From the IMG/VR virus record IMGVR_UViG_3300008267_000027, positions 1 to 64,000 of that record: a DNA stretch of 64,000 nucleotides; one strand, given 5' to 3'. This DNA comes from a virus. The position numbers and the translations under genes are program-made. Positions 8,805 to 18,544 of this stretch are shown in pieces. Under the pieces are notes generated by a model. It ran no database searches. It was not told the DNA's origin and saw nothing but the letters and a program-made list of their open reading frames with translations. Numbering within the stretch: position 1 is the stretch's first letter; every line of letters begins with the position of its first letter.

Positions 8805-9229
8805 ATGGCATCAACAATACCTTCCGTACCATGTGCTCCTGACAATTTGAAGAAAATGGAATTGGTCTTGGTAATCAGACTCAGCTTTATGAAAAAAATA
8901 ATAATTATATCAATGGTATAAAAATTAATGATATATATTATGGACTATCTCAAATAGATGGTAATACTGGTAATTTTACTCAAAGTAATTTACAAAGTGC
9001 TATAAATAATGCTGTTGGTGATGGTATAATTAATGTAATTGAAGTACTTTATGATGATGATGATGCTACCAATGCATGGCGAGGATGGACTTACAGAATA
9101 ACTATTCGTGTAGTTTCTTCAATAGGAGATAGCTTAGAGTTATGTGGATACACTTCTATAGTTGGTAGTAATTTTGAAGATACAGGTGGTAATTCAATAA
9201 ACTATTGTTTACCCACTATCAAAATATAA
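8805..9229 (+). pseudogene. Frameshifted gene (or sequence error), distant paralog of 9241..9873
   Basis: ATG 8805 reads MASTIPSVPCAP; a start-less 128-codon frame (8843-9226) continues in the -1 frame; LQSAINNAVGDGII resembles LAHAINNIGDYNI of the next gene. Confidence 0.65.
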
Positions 9230-9240
9230 AATAAATAAAT

Positions 9241-9873
9241 ATGGCAACTTGTTTAGTAACAGTAGGTGGTACATATGGGGAAGTGCTTATTAAGTATGTA
9301 GACTCAGGGTCTACACCACATTCTTTGATTAGTGGTCCTGGAACTTTCTATTTAGATGATACTGGTTCTGATTACACCTATAGTGTAGTTTATGGAGATG
9401 TTACTGTAACATCATTATGTATTACTTTTACAAATCTACCATATGTTTGCTATGTTATAAATTGGGGAAATAGTTTAGGTAAATCCTTACTATCTCAATT
9501 TAAAGTTCAATCTATCATTGCTGGTAGCTTAGAATATAGCTTGTATATACCAACAGACATGGTTTTGTCTAGTACTTTAGCACATGCTATAAATAATATT
9601 GGAGATTATAATATCACTTGTCAATCTTTTAAACACCCTAATCAAATTATAGTTAAAACACTTACGCCTGATGTTCCGTATATTAAACTTAGCGATAGTG
9701 CTACTAGTTTTAATATATATTTAAAAGGTCAAGCGGTTGCTAATTGTGTACCATCAGATTTTGAACAAATGGATGTATGGCCTAATATACCAGCAACTAC
9801 AACCACAACTAGCACTACTAGTACAACAACATCATCAACAACAACTACCACTACTGTGGTACCAATACCATAA
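9241..9873 (+). CDS. Putative virion surface protein with C-terminal Thr/Ser tract
   Basis: 210 aa; beta-rich; ends PATTTTTSTTSTTTSSTTTTTTVVPIP. Confidence 0.75.
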   Translation: MATCLVTVGGTYGEVLIKYVDSGSTPHSLISGPGTFYLDDTGSDYTYSVVYGDVTVTSLCITFTNLPYVCYVINWGNSLGKSLLSQFKVQSIIAGSLEYSLYIPTDMVLSSTLAHAINNIGDYNITCQSFKHPNQIIVKTLTPDVPYIKLSDSATSFNIYLKGQAVANCVPSDFEQMDVWPNIPATTTTTSTTSTTTSSTTTTTTVVPIP

Positions 9874-9878
9874 TAATT

Positions 9879-10112
9879 ATGTCTTGTACATGTATTAATC
9901 AATGCGGAGATCTTTGCACATGTTGTGTTCCAGATGGAGTTACAAACCTTCCTCAATGTGAACCATTAGAAGGTCCTTGTGCTGGTACAGAAATAGATAT
10001 CAATTGTATTGTTTATGATGGTCCAAGTTATGAATGTTTAGGAATACAAACTGGTGATAATTTACTAGATGTATTAATGATTATTTTTCACAGGTTAAAC
10101 CCTTTATGTTAA
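9879..10112 (+). CDS. Small Cys-rich protein consisting mostly of the shared docking-like module
   Basis: 77 aa; CIVYDGPSYECLGIQTGDNLLDVL. Confidence 0.75.
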   Translation: MSCTCINQCGDLCTCCVPDGVTNLPQCEPLEGPCAGTEIDINCIVYDGPSYECLGIQTGDNLLDVLMIIFHRLNPLC

Positions 10113-12124
10113 TGTGTCCTATTTGCGGTTGTAATAGAAGTATAAATACATGTTCTTGTGCTTACCTTCCTTGCACAACAACTACTACTATAGGGTTTAC
10201 GCAATATGACTGTGATGGTTCTCCAGCAGACTTAGCTATAGATTCTGAGTGTGTTGTGTATAGCAGTCCTTCTCTACCTTGTTTTGGTATATTACAAGGA
10301 TCTAGTTTTACTGAAATCATTACAGAACTTGTAGGACAAGCTGGTAATTGTACACCAAATCCTCCAGGTGCTACAACAACAACCACACGTCCTCCTACAA
10401 CTACAACAACGACCACACTACCTCCTTGCGTTGTATATAAAGTAACTAATACAAATCTTTTTGGGTCAAGTACTATTAGATACACCCCTTGTAATACAAC
10501 AAGTAATAGACCAGTAACAGTTGGTGCAATTCCTATATATATTTGTCATAATACAAATTATCCTGTTACTACTATATCAGGAAGTGTTCAGTTACAAAAC
10601 AGAGGTGAATGTAATGATCCTGCTCCGACAACTACTACGTCAACTACAACAGCTGCACCTGAAACAATCTGTTTTAAATTAAGAAATACATTTAGAAATA
10701 CATCTGTAGAAGTTGACTTTATTAATTTGTTAGGGGTTGCTGATACATTATCATTAGATCCTCTTGAGATTAGACATAAGTGTGCATTAAGTGTTACACC
10801 TACATATGGTCTTTTAATAGAACAACTTGGAGATTGTTTGTCTGGATGTGTCACTCCAACAACTACCACAACTAGTACGTCTACAAGTACAACTACAACG
10901 TCTACATCTACCACTACATCTACTTCTACTACCACTACAACAACACTATGTTCTGAACCTGAGTGCGCACGCGTGATGTTATCTGGTTCAGTAAAAGCGT
11001 ACACCTATGATTTCTGTAGTAATCAAACACAAGAAGTTGCAATACCAAACTTTAGTAGCATTGTTAACCATGGTATAGCTGTTAATAATGAATATTTATG
11101 GTCTATAAGATCTGGTAAGTTTTCTAGATGGGAACTTGATTATCTTCCATTCTCTGCAACATATGATGCTGATGTATTATATCCAGCAGGATTTAATCCT
11201 ATAAATCCAACATTTAATAATGGTATTGTTGCTAAAACTAATACAGGTCATACACTTATAGGATGGAATAATACTGATTTAGAGTTTGTTGAAATAAATG
11301 CTTCAGGACCTACAGCATCAATTACAAGCAAATTTGACTTTGGTACACCTTCATCACCTAGTGATCAAAGATACCCTATTGGTAATCCTTTGTATACAAC
11401 AACTGGTAAATTTATAACATTAAGTAGGAAAGTTAATGGTAGATACCACTTCACTCAGTTTGATTATGATGGTGTTCCAGGAACAATTGAAAATGATATT
11501 GACATAACTATATCAAATAAGGTACCTATTGCATTATTACAACCTACATGTAGCTGTGAATGTTCAATATATGTTCTTTACTATTCATATTCTCCTACAG
11601 TTGGTGGTGAGTGGACTCCTATTGGAAATCGTCTTTTGTATTCATTAAATCTTACAACAGGAGCTCTTACATTAGTGCAAACTCAGTTTGTTCCTTCTAG
11701 TATATTAGTTAATGGAGGTGGTGCTCAATTACCTGCATGCATGTTGTGTGATGGAGAAATATTCCCCACCACTACCACAACAACTGCTGCCCCAACTACT
11801 ACTACTACATCTACTAGTACAAGTACAACTACGACCACAACAGCTGCTCCTGCATATTTCTATTTTGCAGATGTTTATAACTGTCAACTACCATTTCCTC
11901 AGAACTGTATGAAACAAGGGGAAGCTATTGTGATGGGTGAATTTGGTGGACCATTAAGTATAGGATTATTTTATAATGAAACTGGTTCTTCACCTGGTCT
12001 AGGTCTTATATATGAAATTAAAGGGGTGGCACCTAATCAACAATTTGCAGTACAAGTTAGTGAGTTATTTGGATCATCAAGTTGTTCAGAAGCTTGTAGT
12101 TTTGTTTCAGAACCTGAACCTTAA
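10106..12124 (+). CDS. Cys-rich mucin-like fibre protein with putative beta-propeller
   Basis: 672 aa (start may be 10112, TAATG overlap); five poly-Thr linkers separating small Cys domains; propeller-like region paralogous to 12145..15180. Confidence 0.75.
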   Translation: MLMCPICGCNRSINTCSCAYLPCTTTTTIGFTQYDCDGSPADLAIDSECVVYSSPSLPCFGILQGSSFTEIITELVGQAGNCTPNPPGATTTTTRPPTTTTTTTLPPCVVYKVTNTNLFGSSTIRYTPCNTTSNRPVTVGAIPIYICHNTNYPVTTISGSVQLQNRGECNDPAPTTTTSTTTAAPETICFKLRNTFRNTSVEVDFINLLGVADTLSLDPLEIRHKCALSVTPTYGLLIEQLGDCLSGCVTPTTTTTSTSTSTTTTSTSTTTSTSTTTTTTLCSEPECARVMLSGSVKAYTYDFCSNQTQEVAIPNFSSIVNHGIAVNNEYLWSIRSGKFSRWELDYLPFSATYDADVLYPAGFNPINPTFNNGIVAKTNTGHTLIGWNNTDLEFVEINASGPTASITSKFDFGTPSSPSDQRYPIGNPLYTTTGKFITLSRKVNGRYHFTQFDYDGVPGTIENDIDITISNKVPIALLQPTCSCECSIYVLYYSYSPTVGGEWTPIGNRLLYSLNLTTGALTLVQTQFVPSSILVNGGGAQLPACMLCDGEIFPTTTTTTAAPTTTTTSTSTSTTTTTTAAPAYFYFADVYNCQLPFPQNCMKQGEAIVMGEFGGPLSIGLFYNETGSSPGLGLIYEIKGVAPNQQFAVQVSELFGSSSCSEACSFVSEPEP

Positions 12125-12144
12125 TAATAAAAATAGTAATATAA

Positions 12145-15100
12145 ATGTCTTGTAATTGTAAAAATACATTCCCAAATCAAACTTGTTGTTGTCCTAAAAC
12201 ACCAACTACTACCACTACGTTATCTCCTGAAGATTTAGCTAATCAAGAGTGTACACAAGTGTTTGGGTCAAGTTCTATAATTTACAATAATACATTATAT
12301 ACTAATTTAGGTTTACCTGATTGTTTAGGTATACGTCCAAATCCTACTATTACAGAAATCATCACTGCTATTGTTGGTACATTTCCAGAGTGTATTCCTA
12401 CAACTACAACCACTACAACAAGACCTACAACTACTACAAGTACAACAAGACCTGCTACCACAACTAGTACCACTACACAGTTTCCTTGTGTGAGTGGGGT
12501 GTGCCCTTCTGGTTATATTTGTGTTGATGATATATGTGTACCTAACATTTGTGATACAACTATAGATTGTCCTTCAGGTTATGTCTGTATCAATGGTACA
12601 TGTTTGCCAGCATGTGAAGATGATGTAGATTGCCCAAGTGGATATGAGTGTATAGATGGAGCATGTCAAATTCCTTGTGATGATGAAAACTGTCCTATAG
12701 GTTTTACATGCATTAATGGGGTTTGTGAACCATCACTTTGTAGCATTGATATAGATTGTCCTATAGGATTTATATGTGTTAATGGTAATTGTCAACCTGA
12801 TGATTGTGATGAATATGGAAACTGTCCTCCTGGATATATTTGTGTAGACGGTAATTGTATATCAGATGATTGTGATAATACTGTGGATTGTCCATCTGGT
12901 TATATCTGTATAAATGGTAATTGTGTACCTAATGTATGTGAGACAACTGTTGACTGCCCAAGTGGATACATTTGTATTGATGGTGAATGTCAACCAAATG
13001 TGTGCAATGAAGAAGTAGAATGCCCTAGTGGATACACTTGTGTAAACGGAACTTGTGTTCTTCTTAATTCACCTTGTAATTCATATTCTGTAAATACATC
13101 TGCAAATTGTACATATCAAACATATAATAATTTAGGGTCTAGTACTGATTTTGAAGCTCCTGAACCTACATGTGGTAACTATTTAGGAAACTCTGTTTGG
13201 TTTACAGCAATTGCACCTCCTAGTGGTCAACTTGTAATAAGTCTTCAAGCTGGTACAATTACAGATGCTGCAGTAGCTGCTTACACAGGATCATGTACAC
13301 TGCTTACTCAAATAGGTTGTTCAGATGATCAAAGTCCGCAAGCAATGATGCCTGAGTTGGTGTTAACAGGTTTGACACCAGGAGCAACTATTTTTATTAG
13401 AGTGTGGAGTTATGGTAATCAACAATCTGGTACATTTGGATTGTGTGTAATAGATCCTACATTGAATCCTTGCTCTATAACAGGTATAGCATCTGGTATA
13501 TCTTGTATAACTACAACAACAACAGTTCCACCTCAAGTGGTACCATCTTGTGGAGTTTTATACAACTCTTATTACTACTATGAAGAGGATGGTATTAAAA
13601 GAGGATCTACATTATACTATTATAATTTTAATACCAATACAGCAACAGTTCTCCCTGTACCTGGAGCGACAGGTCCTAACACACCAACTTATCTTGATAT
13701 AGCTAGTACAGCAAATAAACTTTGGTTTGTAGATACAGTAGGTTCTAAATTTATTGAATATGATATTTCATTATCACCGTGGAATGCAATATTTAGTCAA
13801 AACATACCATTCCCTGCAGGATTTGTATCCTCTGGAGGATTGTTTGCGATTAATAATAACACTCTTTTAGTTGTTAATGAAAATACAGGAACTCCTATTG
13901 TTTCAGAGTTTAATGTTTCAACCAATGTTATTACGCCTAAGTTTGCACTACCATCTAATAGAAAGGTTGCAGGTGATATTTTATTAACAACAAATAATAA
14001 ACTTATTGTTACTACTGCTAGTAAAACTACTAGTGACAGATGGATCAGTCAGTATAATTATACCACTTACACATTAGAGTTTGATAAGTCTATAAACATT
14101 GCTATACCAGGTCCTGCTATATCAAATCCATGGGGATTGTTTGAAACTGGTGGTAACATCTATATAATGGATAAGTTGACAGGTGTTTATAGAATAAACA
14201 AAACATCTCCTTATGCTATTACATTCATAGGCGTACCTACAGGGTCAAGTGTTCATGACACTATAATGGGAGCTTCTCAAACACGTAGTTGTATTACAGA
14301 TTCATTCACACCAAATATTACTACCACTACTAGTACGTCTACATCAACTACTACCACTTCTACATCAACTACAACTACTACAACAGAGGCTCCTTTTGTA
14401 GAGCAATCTCGCTCTATGAATGATTGGGAAATATTTTCTACTTGTGGTATAAATCCATCTGGTGTATGGGATGACCCTCCTGTACCATATGATAAAATAT
14501 TTATAGGTACAAGTAGTGAGCCTTGTGGTGCTTGCTCATGCATTTCATTTGTACATGGTTCAGCACAAGGTGACGATCCTTTAATTAAATCAGTTTGGGA
14601 AGCTAACGGTAACTGTAATGGTGAATGTTTTGTAAACTGTGCAGATAATTGGACCACTGTTAACTTAAATACAGACAGATATGCAAATGGTGATTTGATA
14701 CCTCAAGTAACAAACCCTACTACATGGGCTAACTTAACTACAGGAGCATGGTGTTACTATGCTAATAGTACAGCAAATGGTACTATTTATGGTAAACTAT
14801 ATAATCGTTATGCTTTAACAGACCCTAGAGGATTGCAGTTACCAGCTGGGTATAGACTACCTACTACAGTAGATTGGACAAATTTAATAAATTGTGTAGG
14901 TGGTCATGGATATTATCTACAAAAAATAAATGATCCATTATGGATATTCATTGATGAAAATGATAGACCTTATGGTGCTGCTCGTACTACTTTTAATGCA
15001 CTACCTGGTGGTTATAGATCAAGTTCAGGAAACTTTGCTGACATTGGAGATTATGCTCGTTTTTGGACACTTGATGGATTTACACGTGTTAGTTTGAGAG

Positions 15101-15180
15101 GAAGAGTCCCAGAGGGAGTTCAAACAAATGGTGGAATAAATCCTAAAACAGGACTATCAGTTAGATTAATACAAATTTAA
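12145..15180 (+). CDS. Multidomain adhesin-like fibre protein: Thr tracts, 9 Cys repeats, beta-sandwich, propeller, C-terminal Fibrobacter succinogenes major paralogous (FISUMP) domain
   Basis: C-terminal WTTVNL..DRYANGD.IPQV..W.NLTTGAWCYY...YGKLYN...PAGYRLPT..DW...FNALPGGYR matches the FISUMP pattern. Confidence 0.75.
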   Translation: MSCNCKNTFPNQTCCCPKTPTTTTTLSPEDLANQECTQVFGSSSIIYNNTLYTNLGLPDCLGIRPNPTITEIITAIVGTFPECIPTTTTTTTRPTTTTSTTRPATTTSTTTQFPCVSGVCPSGYICVDDICVPNICDTTIDCPSGYVCINGTCLPACEDDVDCPSGYECIDGACQIPCDDENCPIGFTCINGVCEPSLCSIDIDCPIGFICVNGNCQPDDCDEYGNCPPGYICVDGNCISDDCDNTVDCPSGYICINGNCVPNVCETTVDCPSGYICIDGECQPNVCNEEVECPSGYTCVNGTCVLLNSPCNSYSVNTSANCTYQTYNNLGSSTDFEAPEPTCGNYLGNSVWFTAIAPPSGQLVISLQAGTITDAAVAAYTGSCTLLTQIGCSDDQSPQAMMPELVLTGLTPGATIFIRVWSYGNQQSGTFGLCVIDPTLNPCSITGIASGISCITTTTTVPPQVVPSCGVLYNSYYYYEEDGIKRGSTLYYYNFNTNTATVLPVPGATGPNTPTYLDIASTANKLWFVDTVGSKFIEYDISLSPWNAIFSQNIPFPAGFVSSGGLFAINNNTLLVVNENTGTPIVSEFNVSTNVITPKFALPSNRKVAGDILLTTNNKLIVTTASKTTSDRWISQYNYTTYTLEFDKSINIAIPGPAISNPWGLFETGGNIYIMDKLTGVYRINKTSPYAITFIGVPTGSSVHDTIMGASQTRSCITDSFTPNITTTTSTSTSTTTTSTSTTTTTTEAPFVEQSRSMNDWEIFSTCGINPSGVWDDPPVPYDKIFIGTSSEPCGACSCISFVHGSAQGDDPLIKSVWEANGNCNGECFVNCADNWTTVNLNTDRYANGDLIPQVTNPTTWANLTTGAWCYYANSTANGTIYGKLYNRYALTDPRGLQLPAGYRLPTTVDWTNLINCVGGHGYYLQKINDPLWIFIDENDRPYGAARTTFNALPGGYRSSSGNFADIGDYARFWTLDGFTRVSLRGRVPEGVQTNGGINPKTGLSVRLIQI
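12487..13056 (+). repeat. Nine tandem ~21-22 aa Cys4 repeats
   Basis: C-x4-5-C-P-x-G-[YF]-x-C-[IV]-[ND]-[GD]-x-C, counted nine times. Confidence 0.9.
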
Positions 15181-15197
15181 AATTAAGATATATTTAA

Positions 15198-17576
15198 ATG
15201 TCAAAACAAATATTCATACAAGTATCTGCTCCTCCAGGATCTGGACCATTTAATTTATATACAAATTTAGATTATGTAACTCCTTTTGCTAATGTAATTC
15301 TACCTCAGTTGACAGGGGGTTACTATGCTACAGTTGCTGATAATGTTACAATCATTAAAATTGAACCCACTGGTACATGCACCACTCCAATATATGTATC
15401 TATTGTATGCGATGTAACAACTACAACAAGTACATCTAGTACTACAACTACAACCATACCACCGACTACTACAACATCTACATCTTCATCTACCACTACT
15501 ACAACTACACATCCTCCTTGTATGCGTTATAGTGTAAGTCTTACATCAGGAGATGAATTGACATATTCATATACAAATTGTTTAAATCAGGATCAAATTA
15601 GAATTCTTACTGATCCTATTGTTTATTTTTGCGCATACTATCCACCAATTATATTGGATGGTGTTGGTGTTGTTGCTTTAGTATCAGTGTGTGGTGCTAC
15701 AACAACTACGTCATCTACTAGTTCAACTACAACTACTACAATACCAGGTTTAACAACTACAACTACAATACCTGGAACAACTACTAGTACATCAACAAGC
15801 ACTAGCACATCAACTACAAGTACTAGTAGTACAACCACTTCTACTAGTTCTTCAACTACAACAACTACTAAACCTATATATACAACTAGTACAACTTTAC
15901 CTCCTACTACAACTACTACAATTCCTGTAGGTACAACAACTACTTCAACTATATCTGGTAGTACTACTACCACCACTATACCAGCAAGCACTACTACAAC
16001 TACTACATTTGGAGGCACAACAACCACCACTACTGTAAAACCTTTACCTACTACTACAACTACTACAATAGCAACATCTCCTTATGATTGTACATGCTAT
16101 ACATTAAGTAGTGAGTCATTAACTGGAGCTGGGTATACTGTATTTGAATATGTAGATTGTGCAACTAGTCTTTTGACATTAACAGATGAAATTTTTAACA
16201 ATAGCGTTAATATTTGTGCTCAAACAGGAACTGTTGGTATTGATTTTAATAGTAAAGATGCTGAATGGAATATTCAATATACAGGAGGAACAGCTGCAGA
16301 ATGTAGTGAAACTGTAGATTGTAATCCTGTATTAAGTTGTACATGTCATACTATTGGTGTACTTCAACCAGGTAGAGTTAATTTTATATTTACGGATTGT
16401 AATAGTGAAGAGCAGACTATTCAAATAAATGTTGTAGAAGATGAATTTTTAAATTGGATACCCGTCTTTAATAATATATGTGTTGCTTCAGGTACAAGTA
16501 TAATTATTGGTAAAGTTACTGGAGACCCTGATACTATTGTAACTAATAATAATGTACCTTGTACAAATGGTGTAGAAGGTGACACATGCCTAAAATCTCA
16601 ATGTTATACTTTATATAATATAGGAGAAATTCCTGAAACAGGTACTTCTACAGTTACTTATACTTATTGGGGTGTTGATGGTATTTTCTATACACAAATA
16701 TTAAACTATCAAGATGTATTAACAGTTTGTTCACAAACTTATCCAGAGTTTACAGAACAAGGATATGGGTTAGGTCAAATTCAAACTTCTGGAGAATATT
16801 GTGATGTGGAAATACCATGTGAACCTGTTAAATATTGTAATTGTGTAGTTGTAACAGTTAAAGGAGATCCTGTGTCTGTAACATATAAATCATGTGAAAC
16901 AGGTATTGATACTACTGTAACTCTTGGAAATGGGTATGATTCAGTATTAGCAGCGTGTATGAATGGTTATCCTACTATTGGTGCACATGGTATTGGTACT
17001 GAAGTTATTGTAGATGTATCAAAAGATTTGTGTTCTACAAATGCAGATTGTAATACATGCAACTGTGTTACAGTTACTCAGGCTAAACCTAGTACAGCAA
17101 TTGGAGTTTATTATAAAGAGTGTGGCACATTTGATAATGCTTATGGTTTAGTGCCAGAGCTTGCACTAAAAACTACATTTACAGCATGTATGTCTAACGC
17201 ATATGCTCCATTAATCTGGAATGAAACAGATAATGTAGAAGCAATAGAAAATGATGATTATGTTATAAGTACATCTGGTTCATGTCTTACTACTAATGAT
17301 TGTTTACCTACCACTACAACTACAACTAATGCTGAACAAACATATTATTACTATGAGGTAATACCATTTGATGGAGAAACCTGTGATAATATAGGTGAGA
17401 CAACTTACATAATGAGATCTACTACACCTATTTCATTTGCATTTGTCAATGCTGATGGTGGTTGTTATCGAATTATTGGTGTAGTTAGTGGTCCAACTTA
17501 TAGCCTAACATATAGCGGATCAGGTGGTAATGTTCCATGCTTCGGTTTTGGACCCATCCTTGACATGGTTTGTTAA
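15198..17576 (+). CDS. Mucin-like Cys/Thr-rich virion surface protein
   Basis: 792 aa; very long Thr/Ser/Pro tract and tandem small C..Y...Y..C...C domains. Confidence 0.75.
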   Translation: MSKQIFIQVSAPPGSGPFNLYTNLDYVTPFANVILPQLTGGYYATVADNVTIIKIEPTGTCTTPIYVSIVCDVTTTTSTSSTTTTTIPPTTTTSTSSSTTTTTTHPPCMRYSVSLTSGDELTYSYTNCLNQDQIRILTDPIVYFCAYYPPIILDGVGVVALVSVCGATTTTSSTSSTTTTTIPGLTTTTTIPGTTTSTSTSTSTSTTSTSSTTTSTSSSTTTTTKPIYTTSTTLPPTTTTTIPVGTTTTSTISGSTTTTTIPASTTTTTTFGGTTTTTTVKPLPTTTTTTIATSPYDCTCYTLSSESLTGAGYTVFEYVDCATSLLTLTDEIFNNSVNICAQTGTVGIDFNSKDAEWNIQYTGGTAAECSETVDCNPVLSCTCHTIGVLQPGRVNFIFTDCNSEEQTIQINVVEDEFLNWIPVFNNICVASGTSIIIGKVTGDPDTIVTNNNVPCTNGVEGDTCLKSQCYTLYNIGEIPETGTSTVTYTYWGVDGIFYTQILNYQDVLTVCSQTYPEFTEQGYGLGQIQTSGEYCDVEIPCEPVKYCNCVVVTVKGDPVSVTYKSCETGIDTTVTLGNGYDSVLAACMNGYPTIGAHGIGTEVIVDVSKDLCSTNADCNTCNCVTVTQAKPSTAIGVYYKECGTFDNAYGLVPELALKTTFTACMSNAYAPLIWNETDNVEAIENDDYVISTSGSCLTTNDCLPTTTTTTNAEQTYYYYEVIPFDGETCDNIGETTYIMRSTTPISFAFVNADGGCYRIIGVVSGPTYSLTYSGSGGNVPCFGFGPILDMVC
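15698..16067 (+). repeat. Long poly-Thr/Ser/Pro (mucin-like) coding tract
   Basis: About 120 codons dominated by ACN with mixed third positions; units such as TTTTTIPG, TTTTTIPV, TTTTTIPA. Confidence 0.9.
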
Positions 17577-17600
17577 AATTGATTAATTTATGTAACTTAG
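17569..17600 (+). promoter_or_regulatory. Putative Bacteroidota sigma-A-like promoter for the glycosyltransferase pair
   Basis: TTTG(17569-17572)-N20-TAACTTAG(17593-17600), one mismatch to TAnnTTTG. Confidence 0.45.
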
Positions 17601-17623
17601 ATTATAAACCAAAAACCAACAAC

Positions 17624-18544
17624 ATGAAATTTATTTGTGCACAACCTGCCATAAACTACTATACATGGCAGGTGGAAGTGATGATTAACAACTTTATTAA
17701 AAATGGGATAAATCCTAATGACATACATATACTGTGTGCATATTGGGATGAGGTTCCTGAAAACTGGAGAGTAATTCAAAAAACTTACAATACAGTTGGA
17801 TTTTATTTTTATAAAGATACCAGACAAGACCAGTCTTATATTCCCTCTATATACTTTAATATTTTAAAGCAGCATATACAAGCTAATCCTGAATTAGAAA
17901 AGACTGCTTTATTTCTTCATGACTCTGATATTATATTTACAAAACCTGTAAATTTTAGTAGTATGGAGCATGATAAGATTTGGTATCTAAGTGATACTGT
18001 TGGGTATATAGGGACTCAATATATTCTAACAAAAGGTGAAGAAGTTTATAGAGGAATGTGTAATGTAATAGGAATAGACCCTTTGATTCCTAAACTATTA
18101 AATAGTAATTCTGGCGGTGCTCAACATATAGTAAAAAATACTACATATGAGTATTGGGATAAAGTTGAGAAAGACTCTATAAAACTTTATCAACACTTTA
18201 ATGATACAGAACCTGAGTGGAAGGGTGAAGGTTATCCTATTCAGAAATGGACAGCTGGTATGTGGAGTCTATTATGGAATGCATGGTTGTTTGGTCATGA
18301 AACTAAAGTGGATAAAAGACTAGATTTCTGTTGGGCTACAGATCCAATGCACAGATGGGATGAAGCACCTATATTTCATAATGCAGGTGTAACAGATGAT
18401 AGAAAAGATCTTTTCTTTAAGGGAGCTTATATAGATAAAAATCCTTATACAGAAGTTAAACTAGATATGTATAGTAAAGACAAGTGTTCTTATAATTATG
18501 CAAAAGAAATTATTGAGACGTCTAAAAAAACATGTCTGTTATGA
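17624..18544 (+). CDS. GT-A glycosyltransferase resembling peptidyl O-glycosyltransferases (GT95/GT96, HPAT/SERGT-like)
   Basis: Likely start ATG 17624 (306 aa); NYYTWQVEVMINNF, LHDSDIIFTKP (DxD), GGAQHI, KWTAGMWSLLW, IFHNAG. Confidence 0.65.
   Translation: MKFICAQPAINYYTWQVEVMINNFIKNGINPNDIHILCAYWDEVPENWRVIQKTYNTVGFYFYKDTRQDQSYIPSIYFNILKQHIQANPELEKTALFLHDSDIIFTKPVNFSSMEHDKIWYLSDTVGYIGTQYILTKGEEVYRGMCNVIGIDPLIPKLLNSNSGGAQHIVKNTTYEYWDKVEKDSIKLYQHFNDTEPEWKGEGYPIQKWTAGMWSLLWNAWLFGHETKVDKRLDFCWATDPMHRWDEAPIFHNAGVTDDRKDLFFKGAYIDKNPYTEVKLDMYSKDKCSYNYAKEIIETSKKTCLL

Noticed and set aside
14650-15180. Diversity-generating retroelement target at the fibre tip
   Set aside because: No reverse transcriptase gene or template repeat was seen in this window; one elsewhere in the genome cannot be excluded
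12487-16067. CRISPR-like or DNA-level tandem array
   Set aside because: The repeats are in-frame protein repeats with synonymous divergence; there are no identical repeats with unique spacers
17570-17623. N-terminal extension of the first glycosyltransferase given in the ORF track
   Set aside because: It overlaps a promoter-like sequence and the A/C-rich leader; ATG 17624 is the more plausible start
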